Source: a virus. Taken from it: 41,329 nt of DNA. The notes under the pieces are model-generated. The model did not search any database, was not told the origin of the DNA, and worked only from the letters and a program-made list of their open reading frames with translations. A program made the translations under genes and the position numbers. This document shows, piece by piece, positions 26,006 to 36,527 of this stretch. Positions within the stretch are counted from its first letter, which is position 1; each line of letters starts with the position of its first letter. The DNA is taken from the UHGV virus genome UHGV-0077431; one strand, written 5' to 3'.

Positions 26006-27594
26006 AAATACCATCTTTGGTGGGACCTGACGGGAAAACATCCCTTCGGGAATACGCAGGATATCATGGCGGTGGAGGCGGGTTTGGTGGGCAGCTGCGA
26101 GGCTGGAATCCGCCGAGTGAAAGTGCAGATGCCGCACTCCTACCCAACTATTCTCGCGGAAATGCCCGCGCTGACGATCTGGTGCGAAATAATGGCTACG
26201 CGGCAAACGCCGTGCAGCTCCACCAGGACCACATCGTCGGGTCATTTTTCAGACTAAGTTATCGACCAAGCTGGCGTTATCTGGGAATAAATGAGGAGGA
26301 TTCACGGGCATTCTCGCGGGATGTGGAAGCTGCATGGAATGAGTATGCCGAGGACGACTTTTGCGGGATTGATGCCGAGCGTAAGCGAACGTTTACGATG
26401 ATGATCCGAGAAGGTGTGGCCATGCACGCGTTTAACGGTGAATTATGCACGCAGGCGACCTGGGACAGCGATTCAACGCGTCTTTTCCGTACTCAGTTCA
26501 AAATGGTCAGTCCGAAGCGCGTCAGCAATCCGAATAATATCGGTGATACCCGGAACTGTCGCGCCGGTGTGAAAATAAATGATAGCGGTGCTGCGCTGGG
26601 ATATTACGTCAGCGACGATGGTTATCCCGGCTGGATGGCGCAGAACTGGACCTACATTCCTCGCGAACTACCCGGCGGTCGACCTTCATTTATCCATGTA
26701 TTCGAACCGATGGAGGATGGACAGACCCGTGGGGCCAATGCGTTTTACAGCGTGATGGAGCAGATGAAAATGCTCGATACCCTGCAAAATACCCAGCTCC
26801 AGAGCGCGATAGTGAAGGCTATGTATGCCGCTACCATCGAGAGTGAACTGGATACCCAATCGGCGATGGACTTTATTCTCGGCGCGGATAATAAAGAGCA
26901 GCAGAGCAAACTTACGGGCTGGCTCGGTGAAATGGCGTCCTATTACTCAGCTGCGCCTGTTCGCCTGGGTGGGGCAAGGGTTCCACACCTGTTGCCGGGT
27001 GATTCTCTCAACCTTCAGTCGGCGCAGGATACCGATAACGGCTACTCGACTTTTGAACAGTCCCTGCTGCGTTATATTGCCGCTGGGCTTGGTGTGTCGT
27101 ATGAGCAGCTTTCGCGAAACTATTCGCAGATGAGCTACTCGACCGCACGCGCAAGTGCTAACGAGTCCTGGGCGTACTTTATGGGGCGTCGCAAGTTTGT
27201 GGCATCCCGACAGGCCTGTCAGATGTTTCTTTGCTGGCTTGAAGAGGCGATTGTCCGCCGCGTGGTCACGCTTCCTTCGAAAGCCCGGTTCAGTTTCCAG
27301 GAGGCGAGAACAGCCTGGGGGAATGCCAACTGGATTGGCTCTGGTCGAATGGCAATTGACGGGCTGAAAGAGGTACAGGAGGCCGTCATGCTCATTGAGG
27401 CAGGTCTCAGCACGTATGAAAAAGAGTGCGCCAAACGCGGTGATGATTATCAGGAGATTTTTGCCCAGCAGGTCCGGGAAACCATGGAGCGTCGTGCTGC
27501 GGGTCTGAAACCACCGGCATGGGCCGCTGCAGCTTTTGAGGCCGGAGTGAAAAAATCAAACGAGGAGGAGCAAGATGGCGCACGAGCTGCGTAA
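26002..27594 (+). CDS. B: Portal protein
   Basis: Full-length similarity to lambda gpB as recalled; ATGA overlap with W. Confidence 0.95.
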   Translation: MKIPSLVGPDGKTSLREYAGYHGGGGGFGGQLRGWNPPSESADAALLPNYSRGNARADDLVRNNGYAANAVQLHQDHIVGSFFRLSYRPSWRYLGINEEDSRAFSRDVEAAWNEYAEDDFCGIDAERKRTFTMMIREGVAMHAFNGELCTQATWDSDSTRLFRTQFKMVSPKRVSNPNNIGDTRNCRAGVKINDSGAALGYYVSDDGYPGWMAQNWTYIPRELPGGRPSFIHVFEPMEDGQTRGANAFYSVMEQMKMLDTLQNTQLQSAIVKAMYAATIESELDTQSAMDFILGADNKEQQSKLTGWLGEMASYYSAAPVRLGGARVPHLLPGDSLNLQSAQDTDNGYSTFEQSLLRYIAAGLGVSYEQLSRNYSQMSYSTARASANESWAYFMGRRKFVASRQACQMFLCWLEEAIVRRVVTLPSKARFSFQEARTAWGNANWIGSGRMAIDGLKEVQEAVMLIEAGLSTYEKECAKRGDDYQEIFAQQVRETMERRAAGLKPPAWAAAAFEAGVKKSNEEEQDGARAA

Positions 27595-28918
27595 TCTTCC
27601 GCATATTGCCAGTATGGCCTTTAATGAGCCGCTGATGCTTGAACCCGCCTATGCGCGGGTTTTCTTTTGCGCGCTGGCTGGCCAGTTGGGCATCACCCGG
27701 CTGACAGATACCGTCTCTGGCATCACGCTTGATGCCGGACAAATAGCCGAACCGCTGGCGCTGTTTGGTGAGGATGATGACATGGATCCCCGTCCATCAC
27801 GCAGCTATCAGGTGGCAAATGGTATCGCGGTCTTGCCGGTTTCCGGCACGCTGGTCAGTAAAACCCGTGCGCTTCAGCCTTATTCCGGCATGACGGGTTA
27901 CAACGGGATCATTGCTCGCCTGCAGCAGGCAATCAGTGACCCCGGCGTTGACGGCATTCTTCTGGATATGGATACGCCGGGTGGAATGGTGTCCGGGGCG
28001 TTTGACTGCGCCGACATTATAGCCCGTATGCGCGATATCAAACCCATCTGGGCGCTGGCCAATGACATGAACTGCAGTGCAGGGCAGCTTATAGCCAGTT
28101 CGGCATCGCGACGGCTGGTCACACAAACGGCCAGAACCGGCTCCATTGGGGTCATGATGGCGCACAGCAACTATGGCGCTGCGCTCAAAACTAACGGCGT
28201 TGAGGTCACGCTGATTTACAGCGGCGATCGCAAGGTCGACGGCAACCCTTACGAAAAGCTTCCGAAAGATGTGCGTGCTGATTTCCAGACGCGTATCGAT
28301 GCCACTCGTCAGATGTTTGCCGAAAAGGTTTCCGCTTATACCGGCATGTCTGTTCAGGACGTGCTGGACACCGAAGCGGCAGTATTCTCCGGCCAGGAGT
28401 CTTTGGATAACGGACTGGCGGATGAACTTGTTAACAATACCGATGCGCTCGGCGTGATGCGCGAAGCACTCGACAGACGCAAAAAAACAACCCTTGGAGG
28501 AACTATGCCATCACCTTCTGCTTCAGCTGTGACCACTAAGCCAGTTGACCAGGCAGCAACTCAGACAACTGCCTCAGCTGAACAGGTCACTACCGTTGAC
28601 ACGACCATTGCTTCCGTAGCGGCCCCTGTAGATGTCAGTGCGCAGGTTACTGCAGCAGTAGCTGCAGAGAATAGCCGCATCATGGGCATCCTGAACTGCG
28701 ATGAGGCTAAAGGGCGTGAGTCACAGGCGCGAGCACTGGCCGAAACGCCGGGTATGACGGTAGAGAGCGCACAGCGCATTCTGGCTGCTGCACCGCAAAG
28801 TGCCCAGGCGCGTACCGATACGGCGCTGGATCGTTTGATGGAAACAGCACCCGGTGCACTCCCAGCAGGTAGCGCATCTTCTGATGCCGCTGACGATTTG
28901 TTAAACACCCCCGTTTAA
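27575..28918 (+). CDS. C: Head maturation protease / scaffold (gpC, S49 family; nested Nu3-type scaffold expected)
   Basis: Similarity to lambda gpC as recalled. Confidence 0.9.
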   Translation: MAHELRNLPHIASMAFNEPLMLEPAYARVFFCALAGQLGITRLTDTVSGITLDAGQIAEPLALFGEDDDMDPRPSRSYQVANGIAVLPVSGTLVSKTRALQPYSGMTGYNGIIARLQQAISDPGVDGILLDMDTPGGMVSGAFDCADIIARMRDIKPIWALANDMNCSAGQLIASSASRRLVTQTARTGSIGVMMAHSNYGAALKTNGVEVTLIYSGDRKVDGNPYEKLPKDVRADFQTRIDATRQMFAEKVSAYTGMSVQDVLDTEAAVFSGQESLDNGLADELVNNTDALGVMREALDRRKKTTLGGTMPSPSASAVTTKPVDQAATQTTASAEQVTTVDTTIASVAAPVDVSAQVTAAVAAENSRIMGILNCDEAKGRESQARALAETPGMTVESAQRILAAAPQSAQARTDTALDRLMETAPGALPAGSASSDAADDLLNTPV

Positions 28919-28927
28919 GAGGCTATC

Positions 28928-29260
28928 ATGGCAATTACTGAAGTTTTCACACATAACCAGCCGCTCGGTAACAGCGACCCGGCGCACACTGCGTATGGTC
29001 CTTGCGAACTGACGGCTTCCACTCCAGCCATGACGCCGCTCATGCTGGATGCCACTTCTGGCAAGCTGACCGTCTGGGATGGTGCTCATGCTGGCGCGGC
29101 AATGGGCATCCTGGCTGTAACCGCAGACCAGAACAGCGCGGAACTGGCATATTACAAATCTGGCTCTTTCCGTATTGAAGATGTCCTCTGGCCATCTGCC
29201 GTCACCGACGACAACATTAAACGTAACGCGTTCGCCGGTACTGCAATCAGCATCGTTTAA
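28928..29260 (+). CDS. D: Head decoration protein D
   Basis: Lambda gpD-like ([17 protein letters not shown] end). Confidence 0.9.
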   Translation: MAITEVFTHNQPLGNSDPAHTAYGPCELTASTPAMTPLMLDATSGKLTVWDGAHAGAAMGILAVTADQNSAELAYYKSGSFRIEDVLWPSAVTDDNIKRNAFAGTAISIV

Positions 29261-29292
29261 TCCGCATTTCTACAACCATCATCATTCATAAA

Positions 29293-29314
29293 AGCCGCTT
29301 GCGCGGCTTTTTTT
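29293..29314 (+). terminator. Terminator-like hairpin between D and E (possible attenuator)
   Basis: AGCCGC-ttgc-GCGGCT followed by T7. Confidence 0.45.
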
Positions 29315-29327
29315 ACGGGAAAAATCT

Positions 29328-30353
29328 ATGTCCGTTTACACCACTGCCCAACTGCTGGCGGTCAATGAGAAGAAATTCAAATTCGATCCGCTTTTCCTGC
29401 GTATCTTTTTCCGCGAAACCTATCCCTTCAGTACAGAGAAGGTTTACCTGTCGCAAATTCCTGGCCTGGTCAATATGGCGCTTTACGTCTCGCCGATTGT
29501 CTCCGGCAAAGTGATCCGCTCCCGTGGCGGCAGCACGTCTGAATTCACGCCGGGTTATGTGAAGCCGAAACACGAAGTTAACCCACTGATGACTCTCCGC
29601 CGCCTGCCGGATGAGGATCCGCAGAATCTCGCTGACCCGGTCTATCGCCGTCGCCGCATTATCCTTCAGAACATGAAGGATGAAGAGCTGGCGATTGCTC
29701 AGGTCGAAGAGAAACAGGCTGTTTCGGCGGTGCTCAGCGGTAAATACACCATGACCGGGGAAGCGTTCGAGCCTGTTGAAGTCGATATGGGCCGCAGCGC
29801 TGGTAACAACATTGTCCAGGCCGGTGCGGCTGCATGGTCAACCCGCGACAAAGAAACGTATGACCCGACCGATGACATTGAAGCCTACGCGCTCAACGCC
29901 AGCGGTGTGGTCAACATCATTGTGTTCGATCCGAAAGGCTGGGCGCTGTTCCGTTCCTTCAAGGCTGTTGAGAAGAAGCTGGATACGCGTCGTGGTTCTA
30001 ACTCTGAGCTGGAAACTGCCGTGAAAGACCTGGGTATGGCTGTTTCATACAAGGGGATGTTTGGCGATGTGGCCATCGTGGTGTACTCCGGCCAGTACGT
30101 CGAAAACGACGTCAAAAAGAATTATCTGCCGGACCTGACAATGGTGCTGGGGAATACCCAGGCTCGTGGCCTGCGTACCTATGGCTGCATTCTTGATGCT
30201 GATGCCCAGCGCGAAGGTATCAATGCCTCGACACGCTACCCGAAAAACTGGGTGCAGTCGGGGGATCCGGCGCGCGAATTCACCATGATTCAGTCAGCTC
30301 CGCTGATGCTGCTGCCAGACCCTGACGCATTCGTCTCCGTCAAACTGGCATAA
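29328..30353 (+). CDS. E: Major capsid protein E
   Basis: Full-length similarity to lambda gpE as recalled. Confidence 0.95.
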   Translation: MSVYTTAQLLAVNEKKFKFDPLFLRIFFRETYPFSTEKVYLSQIPGLVNMALYVSPIVSGKVIRSRGGSTSEFTPGYVKPKHEVNPLMTLRRLPDEDPQNLADPVYRRRRIILQNMKDEELAIAQVEEKQAVSAVLSGKYTMTGEAFEPVEVDMGRSAGNNIVQAGAAAWSTRDKETYDPTDDIEAYALNASGVVNIIVFDPKGWALFRSFKAVEKKLDTRRGSNSELETAVKDLGMAVSYKGMFGDVAIVVYSGQYVENDVKKNYLPDLTMVLGNTQARGLRTYGCILDADAQREGINASTRYPKNWVQSGDPAREFTMIQSAPLMLLPDPDAFVSVKLA

Positions 30354-30398
30354 CTTCCCCCAGTGGCCCTGTCGGGCCACCTTTCTGGAGTATTTCCC

Positions 30399-30824
30399 AT
30401 GACAGAAAAAGAAAAGCTGGTCGCCCGCCTGAATGAACTTGGGACCCAGCTTAACCGCGAGGTCAGTACCAGCGGCACCATTCAGGAACTGACGATGCGT
30501 ATTGCTGAGCTTGAAGAGGAACTGGATGGCAATGCCGGGTCAGTTGACGGTGAAAACGGCGTGCAGAATGCTTCCGACAGCACCGACAGCACCGACAGCA
30601 CCGACAGCACCGACAGCAATGTTGCTAACGTGGCAAAAGTAAAAACGGAATCGGCCACAACGGGTGACCTGGTATCAGTAGAAACGCTGGCCACCCTGCA
30701 TATTGACGCTCTGCATGCCACGCGTAACGAGCCGGTATCTATCGTAGAGCCTGGTGTGATTATCCGCGTATCTGAACAGGATGCCGACGACTTGATCGCA
30801 AAGGGGCTGGCTTTCGAAGTCTGA
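30399..30824 (+). CDS. FI: DNA packaging / head completion protein FI
   Basis: Lambda FI-like N and C termini; internal Ser/Asp/Thr repeat linker; GGAG SD. Confidence 0.8.
   Translation: MTEKEKLVARLNELGTQLNREVSTSGTIQELTMRIAELEEELDGNAGSVDGENGVQNASDSTDSTDSTDSTDSNVANVAKVKTESATTGDLVSVETLATLHIDALHATRNEPVSIVEPGVIIRVSEQDADDLIAKGLAFEV
30573..30617 (+). repeat. Five tandem copies of a 9 bp unit (nCCGACAGC) inside FI, encoding (S/T-D-S)5
   Basis: Direct reading of tccgacagc accgacagc accgacagc accgacagc accgacagc. Confidence 0.85.
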
Positions 30825-30834
30825 AGGGGGCCAC

Positions 30835-31188
30835 ATGGCTGATTTCGATAATCTCTTTGACGAGGCCATGTCGCGAGCTGATAGCGCTATCCGTGGTGTG
30901 ATGGGCACAGAGGCAAAGGTGATGTCAGGCGCTTTGTCAGGTGCCACCCTGGTCGGTGTATTCGATGATCCAGAAAATATCGGATATGCCGGTGCCGGGA
31001 TTCGTGTTGAAGGAACCAGCCCGACCCTGTTTGTGGAAACCGCCACTGTCAGGCAGCTGCAGCGTATGGACACGCTGACGATTAACGGTCGGCAATTCTG
31101 GGTTGAACGTATTGGTCCGGATGACTGTGGCTCCTGTCATATCTGTCTGGGTAACGGCTCTCCACCTGCATCTTCGCGTCGCCGTTAA
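30835..31188 (+). CDS. FII: Head-tail connector protein FII
   Basis: Lambda FII-like (MADFDNLFD, VFDDPENI). Confidence 0.9.
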   Translation: MADFDNLFDEAMSRADSAIRGVMGTEAKVMSGALSGATLVGVFDDPENIGYAGAGIRVEGTSPTLFVETATVRQLQRMDTLTINGRQFWVERIGPDDCGSCHICLGNGSPPASSRRR

Positions 31189-31197
31189 GGAGCGCAT

Positions 31198-31752
31198 ATG
31201 TCCATAAAAGGCCTTGAACAGGCCATAGAAAACCTTAACAGCATCAGCAAAACGGCTGTTCCGCGGGCATCGGCGCAGGCCGTTAACCGCGTGGCAAACC
31301 GGGCCGTCAGCCGCAGCGTGGCAGTCGTATCAAAAGATACGCGCGTACCGCGAAAACTGGTAAAGCAACGCGCCAGGGTGAAGCGTGCGACGGTCAATAG
31401 ACCTCGTGCACTTATCCGGGTAAACCGGGGAAATTTACCGGCCATTAAACTCGGTACCGCAAGCGTGCGACTTTCCCGCAGAAAACGGGACAAGAAAGGG
31501 GCCAACAGCGTTCTGCGCATAGGGCCATTTCGTTTTCCGGGCGGCTTTATCCAGCAACTTAAAAATGGTCGCTGGCATGTCATGAGGCGGACTTCAAAAC
31601 CTCGTTACCCCATTGAAGTGGTCAGCATCCCGCTGGCAGCTCCATTAACTACGGCATTTAAAGAAGAACTGCCGAAGCTCATGGAGTCAGATATGCCCAA
31701 AGAGCTCCGGGCATCCCTTACCAACCAACTCAGGTTAATTCTGACACGATGA
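31198..31752 (+). CDS. Z: Minor tail protein Z
   Basis: Lambda gpZ-like (MSIKGLE, IQQLKNGRWHVM). Confidence 0.9.
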   Translation: MSIKGLEQAIENLNSISKTAVPRASAQAVNRVANRAVSRSVAVVSKDTRVPRKLVKQRARVKRATVNRPRALIRVNRGNLPAIKLGTASVRLSRRKRDKKGANSVLRIGPFRFPGGFIQQLKNGRWHVMRRTSKPRYPIEVVSIPLAAPLTTAFKEELPKLMESDMPKELRASLTNQLRLILTR

Positions 31753-32147
31753 AACACAGCGATATTCGCAAGGTGATTATTGACGCGCTGGAAAGCGCGA
31801 TTGGTACTGATGTCATTTATTTTGACGGCAGACCTGCAGTGCTCGAAGAGGGTGATTTTCCCGCTGTTGCCGTCTACCTGACAGATGCGGAATACACAGG
31901 GGAAGAACTGGACGCCGATAGCTGGCAGGCCATTCTGCATATCGAAGTCTTTCTTGAGGCTCAGGTACCTGATTCTGATCTGGATGACTGGATGGAGACG
32001 AGAGTGTATCCGGTTCTCGCAGAGGTTCCGGGGCTTGAATCTCTTATCACCACAATGGTTCAGCAGGGCTATGACTACCAGCGCGATGACGATATGGCGC
32101 TGTGGAGTTCTGCCGACCTGAAATATTCCATTACTTACGACATGTGA
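31749..32147 (+). CDS. U: Tail terminator protein U
   Basis: Lambda gpU-like ([26 protein letters not shown]). Confidence 0.9.
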   Translation: MKHSDIRKVIIDALESAIGTDVIYFDGRPAVLEEGDFPAVAVYLTDAEYTGEELDADSWQAILHIEVFLEAQVPDSDLDDWMETRVYPVLAEVPGLESLITTMVQQGYDYQRDDDMALWSSADLKYSITYDM

Positions 32148-32154
32148 GGACCCT

Positions 32155-32892
32155 ATGGCCACACCAAACCCGCTGGCACCAACAAAAGGTGCTGGTACCA
32201 CCCTCTGGGTTTACACCGGAACTGGTGATCCATACGCCAATCCGCTTTCAGACGTTGACTGGCTGCGCCTGGCAAAGATTAAAGACCTGCAGCCCGGAGA
32301 ACTGACAGCTGAATCGGAAGATGACACCTACATCGATGATGAGAATGCCGACTGGACATCAACGATGCAGGGGCAGAAATCAGCCGGTGAAACAAACCTG
32401 ACGCTCGCATGGATGCCGGAGGATTCCGGTCAGCAGGACCTGGTGAACTGGTTCGATGAAGGCACCGTGAAGGGGTATAAAATCAAATATCCGAATGGTG
32501 TTGTCGATGTCTTTAAGGGCTGGGTGAGCAGTCTCGGCAAGACCATCTCGTCTAAAGAGGTCATGACCCGCACGGCAAAAATCACCAACAATGGCAAACC
32601 ATCGCTGGCCGAAGACAGTGGTACCGCGCCGATTGCCGTTACGGGGATCAGCCTGGATAAATCCACGGCGGCTGTGGCTGTCGCGGCCACGACGCAACTG
32701 GTTGTTTCTGTCCTGCCAGCAAGTGCTTCAGATAAGTCTTTCCGCGTAGCCAGTTCTGATCCGTCAAAAGCAACGGTCACCGTCAGCGGCAATACCCTGA
32801 CTGTTACCGGCGTGGCGGCAGGCACCGTCGAGATCATCGTAATGAGCAATGACGGTAACTTTGTGGCGATCTGCAAAGTCACTGTTTCCTGA
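32155..32892 (+). CDS. V: Major tail protein V (with C-terminal Ig-like domain)
   Basis: Lambda gpV-like ([23 protein letters not shown]). Confidence 0.9.
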   Translation: MATPNPLAPTKGAGTTLWVYTGTGDPYANPLSDVDWLRLAKIKDLQPGELTAESEDDTYIDDENADWTSTMQGQKSAGETNLTLAWMPEDSGQQDLVNWFDEGTVKGYKIKYPNGVVDVFKGWVSSLGKTISSKEVMTRTAKITNNGKPSLAEDSGTAPIAVTGISLDKSTAAVAVAATTQLVVSVLPASASDKSFRVASSDPSKATVTVSGNTLTVTGVAAGTVEIIVMSNDGNFVAICKVTVS

Positions 32893-32928
32893 TAACCGGG
32901 GCGAAAGCCCCGTTCCCCCGGAGTAATT

Positions 32929-33351
32929 ATGTTTCTAAAGAGCGAGCTGCTTGAAAGTAACGGCAGCAGCGTCACATTGTTCCAGCTGTCGGCGCTGCAG
33001 CGTATTGAATACCTCGAATACCTGAAACAACTTGAGGCGGTTGAAGCTGGTGATTTTCAGGCTGCCATTACCCTTACCGTGAAGAGTGGAGCATATCTGG
33101 TGGCAATGTCACTCTGGCATGGCCACGCGCTTAAAGGATCGCAGGGAGAAAACGCGGCGGCGGAAGTGGAGCAGATTCAGGATGAGGTCATGCAGACATG
33201 GCCGACCGAACTTGTTGCCGAAGCCGAATATAAGGTGAAACTCCTGTCCGGGATGATTGCGCCGGTCACTGATGACCAGGCTGAGCCCGGTGAAGAACGT
33301 AATGAACCCGCTGAACCTGTTACTGCGGAAAAGCCCTCGCCAGTGAGCTGA
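32929..33351 (+). CDS. G: Tail assembly chaperone G
   Basis: Lambda gpG-like (MFLK, LVAMSLWH). Confidence 0.85.
   Translation: MFLKSELLESNGSSVTLFQLSALQRIEYLEYLKQLEAVEAGDFQAAITLTVKSGAYLVAMSLWHGHALKGSQGENAAAEVEQIQDEVMQTWPTELVAEAEYKVKLLSGMIAPVTDDQAEPGEERNEPAEPVTAEKPSPVS
33327..33333 (+). other. Candidate -1 programmed frameshift site GGAAAAG (G to G-T fusion)
   Basis: A AAG A-site slip sequence 6 codons before the G stop; the -1 frame is open from 33315 and continues into T. Confidence 0.55.
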
Positions 33352-33359
33352 AGTTTGCC

Positions 33360-33680
33360 ATGAAACTGGCGCGTGAGTTCGGTCGCCCGGACTGGCGTGC
33401 CATGCTTGCTGGCATGTCCTCAACGGAATACGGCGACTGGAAAATCTTCTACCAGGACAATTACTTTCATGATGCGCAGCTGGATGCTCATTTCTCCGGT
33501 TTGCTCTACACCATCTCAACCCTGTTTTTTGCTGATCCGGAATTAACACCGGACAGTTTCAGCATCCTTTCCCCTGTATCGGAAAGCATCGACGTTGATG
33601 AGCCGGATGACGATACGCTGATGGCGAAGGCTGCAGGTATTTCAGGAGGCGTGCGCTATGGCCCAGACGGCAGTGGGTGA
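33360..33680 (+). CDS. T: Tail assembly protein T (expected to be expressed as a G-T frameshift fusion)
   Basis: Lambda T-like (LAREFGRPDWRAMLAGMSSTEY); lies in the -1 frame relative to G. Confidence 0.8.
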   Translation: MKLAREFGRPDWRAMLAGMSSTEYGDWKIFYQDNYFHDAQLDAHFSGLLYTISTLFFADPELTPDSFSILSPVSESIDVDEPDDDTLMAKAAGISGGVRYGPDGSG

Positions 33681-36174
33681 TCTGGTCGTTAACCTTGACG
33701 TTAACTCGACGAAATTTAACGAGCAGCTTAACTACGTCAAAAAAGAATTAAAGCAGACTGGCAGCGCGGCGAACGACGAAGCGCTACGGATCCAGCAGTC
33801 CTTTAGCCGCCAGGAGAACGCCGCGCGCAAGGCGGGTATTTCAATAGGCCAGTATAACGCAGCAATGCGTATGCTTCCGGCGCAGTTTACCGATATAGCT
33901 ACGCAGCTAGCGGGCGGGCTGAACCCATGGCTGATTCTGCTTCAGCAGGGCGGTCAGGTTAAGGACTCCTTTGGCGGGATAATACCAACATTCCGGGCCT
34001 TACTGGGTACGATCTCACCGTTGATGGTCGGCATCGGTGCGCTGTCCGCCGCAACGGGTGCGCTGTTCTATGCCTGGTACCAGGGCTCATCCACACTATC
34101 TGACTTCAACAAAACGCTGGTACTGTCGGGGAACACGGCCGGATTGACTGCCGATCGTATGTTGGCGCTGGCACGAAACGGCCAGGCAGCGGGGCTGACG
34201 TTCAATCAGACCAGCGAAGCCCTGAGCGAGCTTATCAACGCGGGGGTGGGCGCGAGTTCGCGCTTTGATGAAATGAGCCAGGCGGTGGCGCGATTTACTG
34301 ATGCCTCCGGCGTGCCGGTGGAAAAAGTCGCAGCCGCATACGGCAAGCTCACTACTGACCCTACATCAGGCCTGATCGCGATGGCTCAGCAGTTCCACAA
34401 CGTTACGGCCGAACAGATTGCCCATGTGGCACAGCTGCAGCGTGCCGGTGATGAGGCTGGCGCACTGCAGGCGGCTAATCAGGCTGCTACTGCCGGATTC
34501 AACGATCAGACCAAGGCCATCCGCGACAATATGGGGACGATTGAGTCTTCAGCGGATTCCCTGAAGCGTGCCTTCAAGTCGATGTGGGATGCTGCACTTG
34601 ATATTGGCAGACCTGACACCGCCCAGGAGATGGTGGCAAAAGCCCAGGCCGCGTTTAAAAAGGCTGATGAAATCTGGAACCTGCGTAAAGGTGACCGATA
34701 TGTCAATGATGAGGCTCGCGCCCGATTCTGGAATGACCGCGAAACGGCCAGGCTTGCGCTGGATATGGCGCAGCAGCAGGCGGGAATTGCCAGGGCGAAC
34801 GAAGAGAATGCATCGCGCGAAGCGGCTGCGGAATCGGATCGCCAGAAGTATGCTGCGCAGGCACAGGCAAACTATGCCAAAACGCAGACGGCACTGGAGA
34901 AATACACGGCCAGGCAGAGCGAGCTCAACAAGGCGCTGAAAGAGGGGCGGATCCTCCAGGCTGACTACAACATCAACCTGGCTGCCGCGAAAAAAGAGTA
35001 CGAAGACACCCTTAAAAAGCCGAAGAAGACCCCGGCAATCAGAACCCCCGCAGGTGCCCGTGCCACCGATACGGCCAGTGCCCAGACGCTGGAGCTACAG
35101 ACACAGCTGCGCACCCTGCAGGAGCATAAGAGCATCAATGACACCATCAGCCAGCAGCGTCAGGAGCTGTGGCGTCAGCAGTCCCGCTTTACGGTTCTGG
35201 AAGAGGCCGCGAAGACCCGAACGCTTTCTGCTGAGGAAAAATCCCTGCTGGCCAGTAAAAGTGAGGTGCTTTCCCGTGCGGAGCTGAATGCGAAGCTCGG
35301 CGATCAGATAGTGGCGCAGGAGCGGCTTAATCGCCTGCAGGATACGTCCCAAAAATACGTCACGCAGATCGGCGAGAAAACCCGAGCCCTTGCGGAAAGT
35401 GCTGGTATGAGCAGTCGTGCAGCACAACGTCGCAATGAAGAGGCCCAGCTTCTTCAGGGCTGGAAAAATGGTGGTGGTTCGGAGAACGATGCTGGTTATC
35501 AGAATGAGCTGCAGGCGCTGCAGGCGTATTACGCCGAGCAGGATAAGCTGCGGGACGACTGGCAGTCCGGAGCCAAATCCGCATGGGCAGATTATGTTGA
35601 TTCTGCTTCAGATGCTTATGGCCAGATGAAGTCGGCTGCCACCAGTGCGTTTGATGGCATCGGGCAAAATATGGCTGACATGCTGACGCGCGGAAAGGCT
35701 GACTGGGCTGACTTCACCCGCTCCACGCTCTCCATGCTGACACAGATCCTGCTGAAACAGGCGATGGTAGGCCTGGTGGATTCAGCGACAACCGCGCTGG
35801 GATTTGCAGGTGGCGGTTATACCGGTTCAGGCGGGAAATATGAACCTGCAGGTGTCGTTCACCGTGGTGAATTTGTTTTCACCAAAGAGGCTACCAGCCG
35901 GATCGGCGTCGGCAATCTTTACCGGATGATGAAAGGGTATGCCACGGGTGGGTATGTCGGGGGCGGTGGTACAGGCCCGGCTGCAGCACCTTTCGGTGTC
36001 AGTGTATATGCCCCGGTGACGGTCGAGAATGCTTCCGGTAACGCACAGCAGCAAAACGACGGAGACAGGCTGGGTAAGGCGTATCAGCAGGTGATTAACA
36101 AATCTGTCAACGATGGTATCGCCAGGGCAATCCAGCCCGGTGGGCTTATCTGGAATGCGACCAATCGCAGGTAA
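33658..36174 (+). CDS. H: Tail tape measure protein H
   Basis: Full-length similarity to lambda gpH as recalled (LPAQFTD, GGKYEPAGVVHRGEFVFTKEATSRIGVGNLYR). Confidence 0.95.
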   Translation: MAQTAVGDLVVNLDVNSTKFNEQLNYVKKELKQTGSAANDEALRIQQSFSRQENAARKAGISIGQYNAAMRMLPAQFTDIATQLAGGLNPWLILLQQGGQVKDSFGGIIPTFRALLGTISPLMVGIGALSAATGALFYAWYQGSSTLSDFNKTLVLSGNTAGLTADRMLALARNGQAAGLTFNQTSEALSELINAGVGASSRFDEMSQAVARFTDASGVPVEKVAAAYGKLTTDPTSGLIAMAQQFHNVTAEQIAHVAQLQRAGDEAGALQAANQAATAGFNDQTKAIRDNMGTIESSADSLKRAFKSMWDAALDIGRPDTAQEMVAKAQAAFKKADEIWNLRKGDRYVNDEARARFWNDRETARLALDMAQQQAGIARANEENASREAAAESDRQKYAAQAQANYAKTQTALEKYTARQSELNKALKEGRILQADYNINLAAAKKEYEDTLKKPKKTPAIRTPAGARATDTASAQTLELQTQLRTLQEHKSINDTISQQRQELWRQQSRFTVLEEAAKTRTLSAEEKSLLASKSEVLSRAELNAKLGDQIVAQERLNRLQDTSQKYVTQIGEKTRALAESAGMSSRAAQRRNEEAQLLQGWKNGGGSENDAGYQNELQALQAYYAEQDKLRDDWQSGAKSAWADYVDSASDAYGQMKSAATSAFDGIGQNMADMLTRGKADWADFTRSTLSMLTQILLKQAMVGLVDSATTALGFAGGGYTGSGGKYEPAGVVHRGEFVFTKEATSRIGVGNLYRMMKGYATGGYVGGGGTGPAAAPFGVSVYAPVTVENASGNAQQQNDGDRLGKAYQQVINKSVNDGIARAIQPGGLIWNATNRR

Positions 36175-36179
36175 CAGTT

Positions 36180-36527
36180 ATGACGATAGAAACATTCCCC
36201 TGGGGTATTAAGGTCTCCAGCCAGCCCACAGAGGGAAGCAAAGACACCGTCAGGAAGGTCCAGTTCGGCGACGGTTACGCACAGGTGAGCGGCTCAGGTC
36301 TGAATGATGAAATTCGCACCTATGAATTTTCCTTCTCAGGGGATCCGACTACAGCGAATGAAATTCATGCCTTCCTTCGGCGGCATAAAGTGAAGTCGTT
36401 TATTTTCACTCCGCCTTTCGGCGATACCGCGCTGTGGCGTGTCGAGGCTGACACGCTCAAAAAGGTGGTTAAAAACGTAAAAGTGATAACCGTAACCGCA
36501 ACGTTTGAACAGGCATTTGCACCATGA
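36180..36527 (+). CDS. M: Minor tail protein M
   Basis: Lambda gpM-like (VRKVQFGDGY). Confidence 0.85.
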   Translation: MTIETFPWGIKVSSQPTEGSKDTVRKVQFGDGYAQVSGSGLNDEIRTYEFSFSGDPTTANEIHAFLRRHKVKSFIFTPPFGDTALWRVEADTLKKVVKNVKVITVTATFEQAFAP

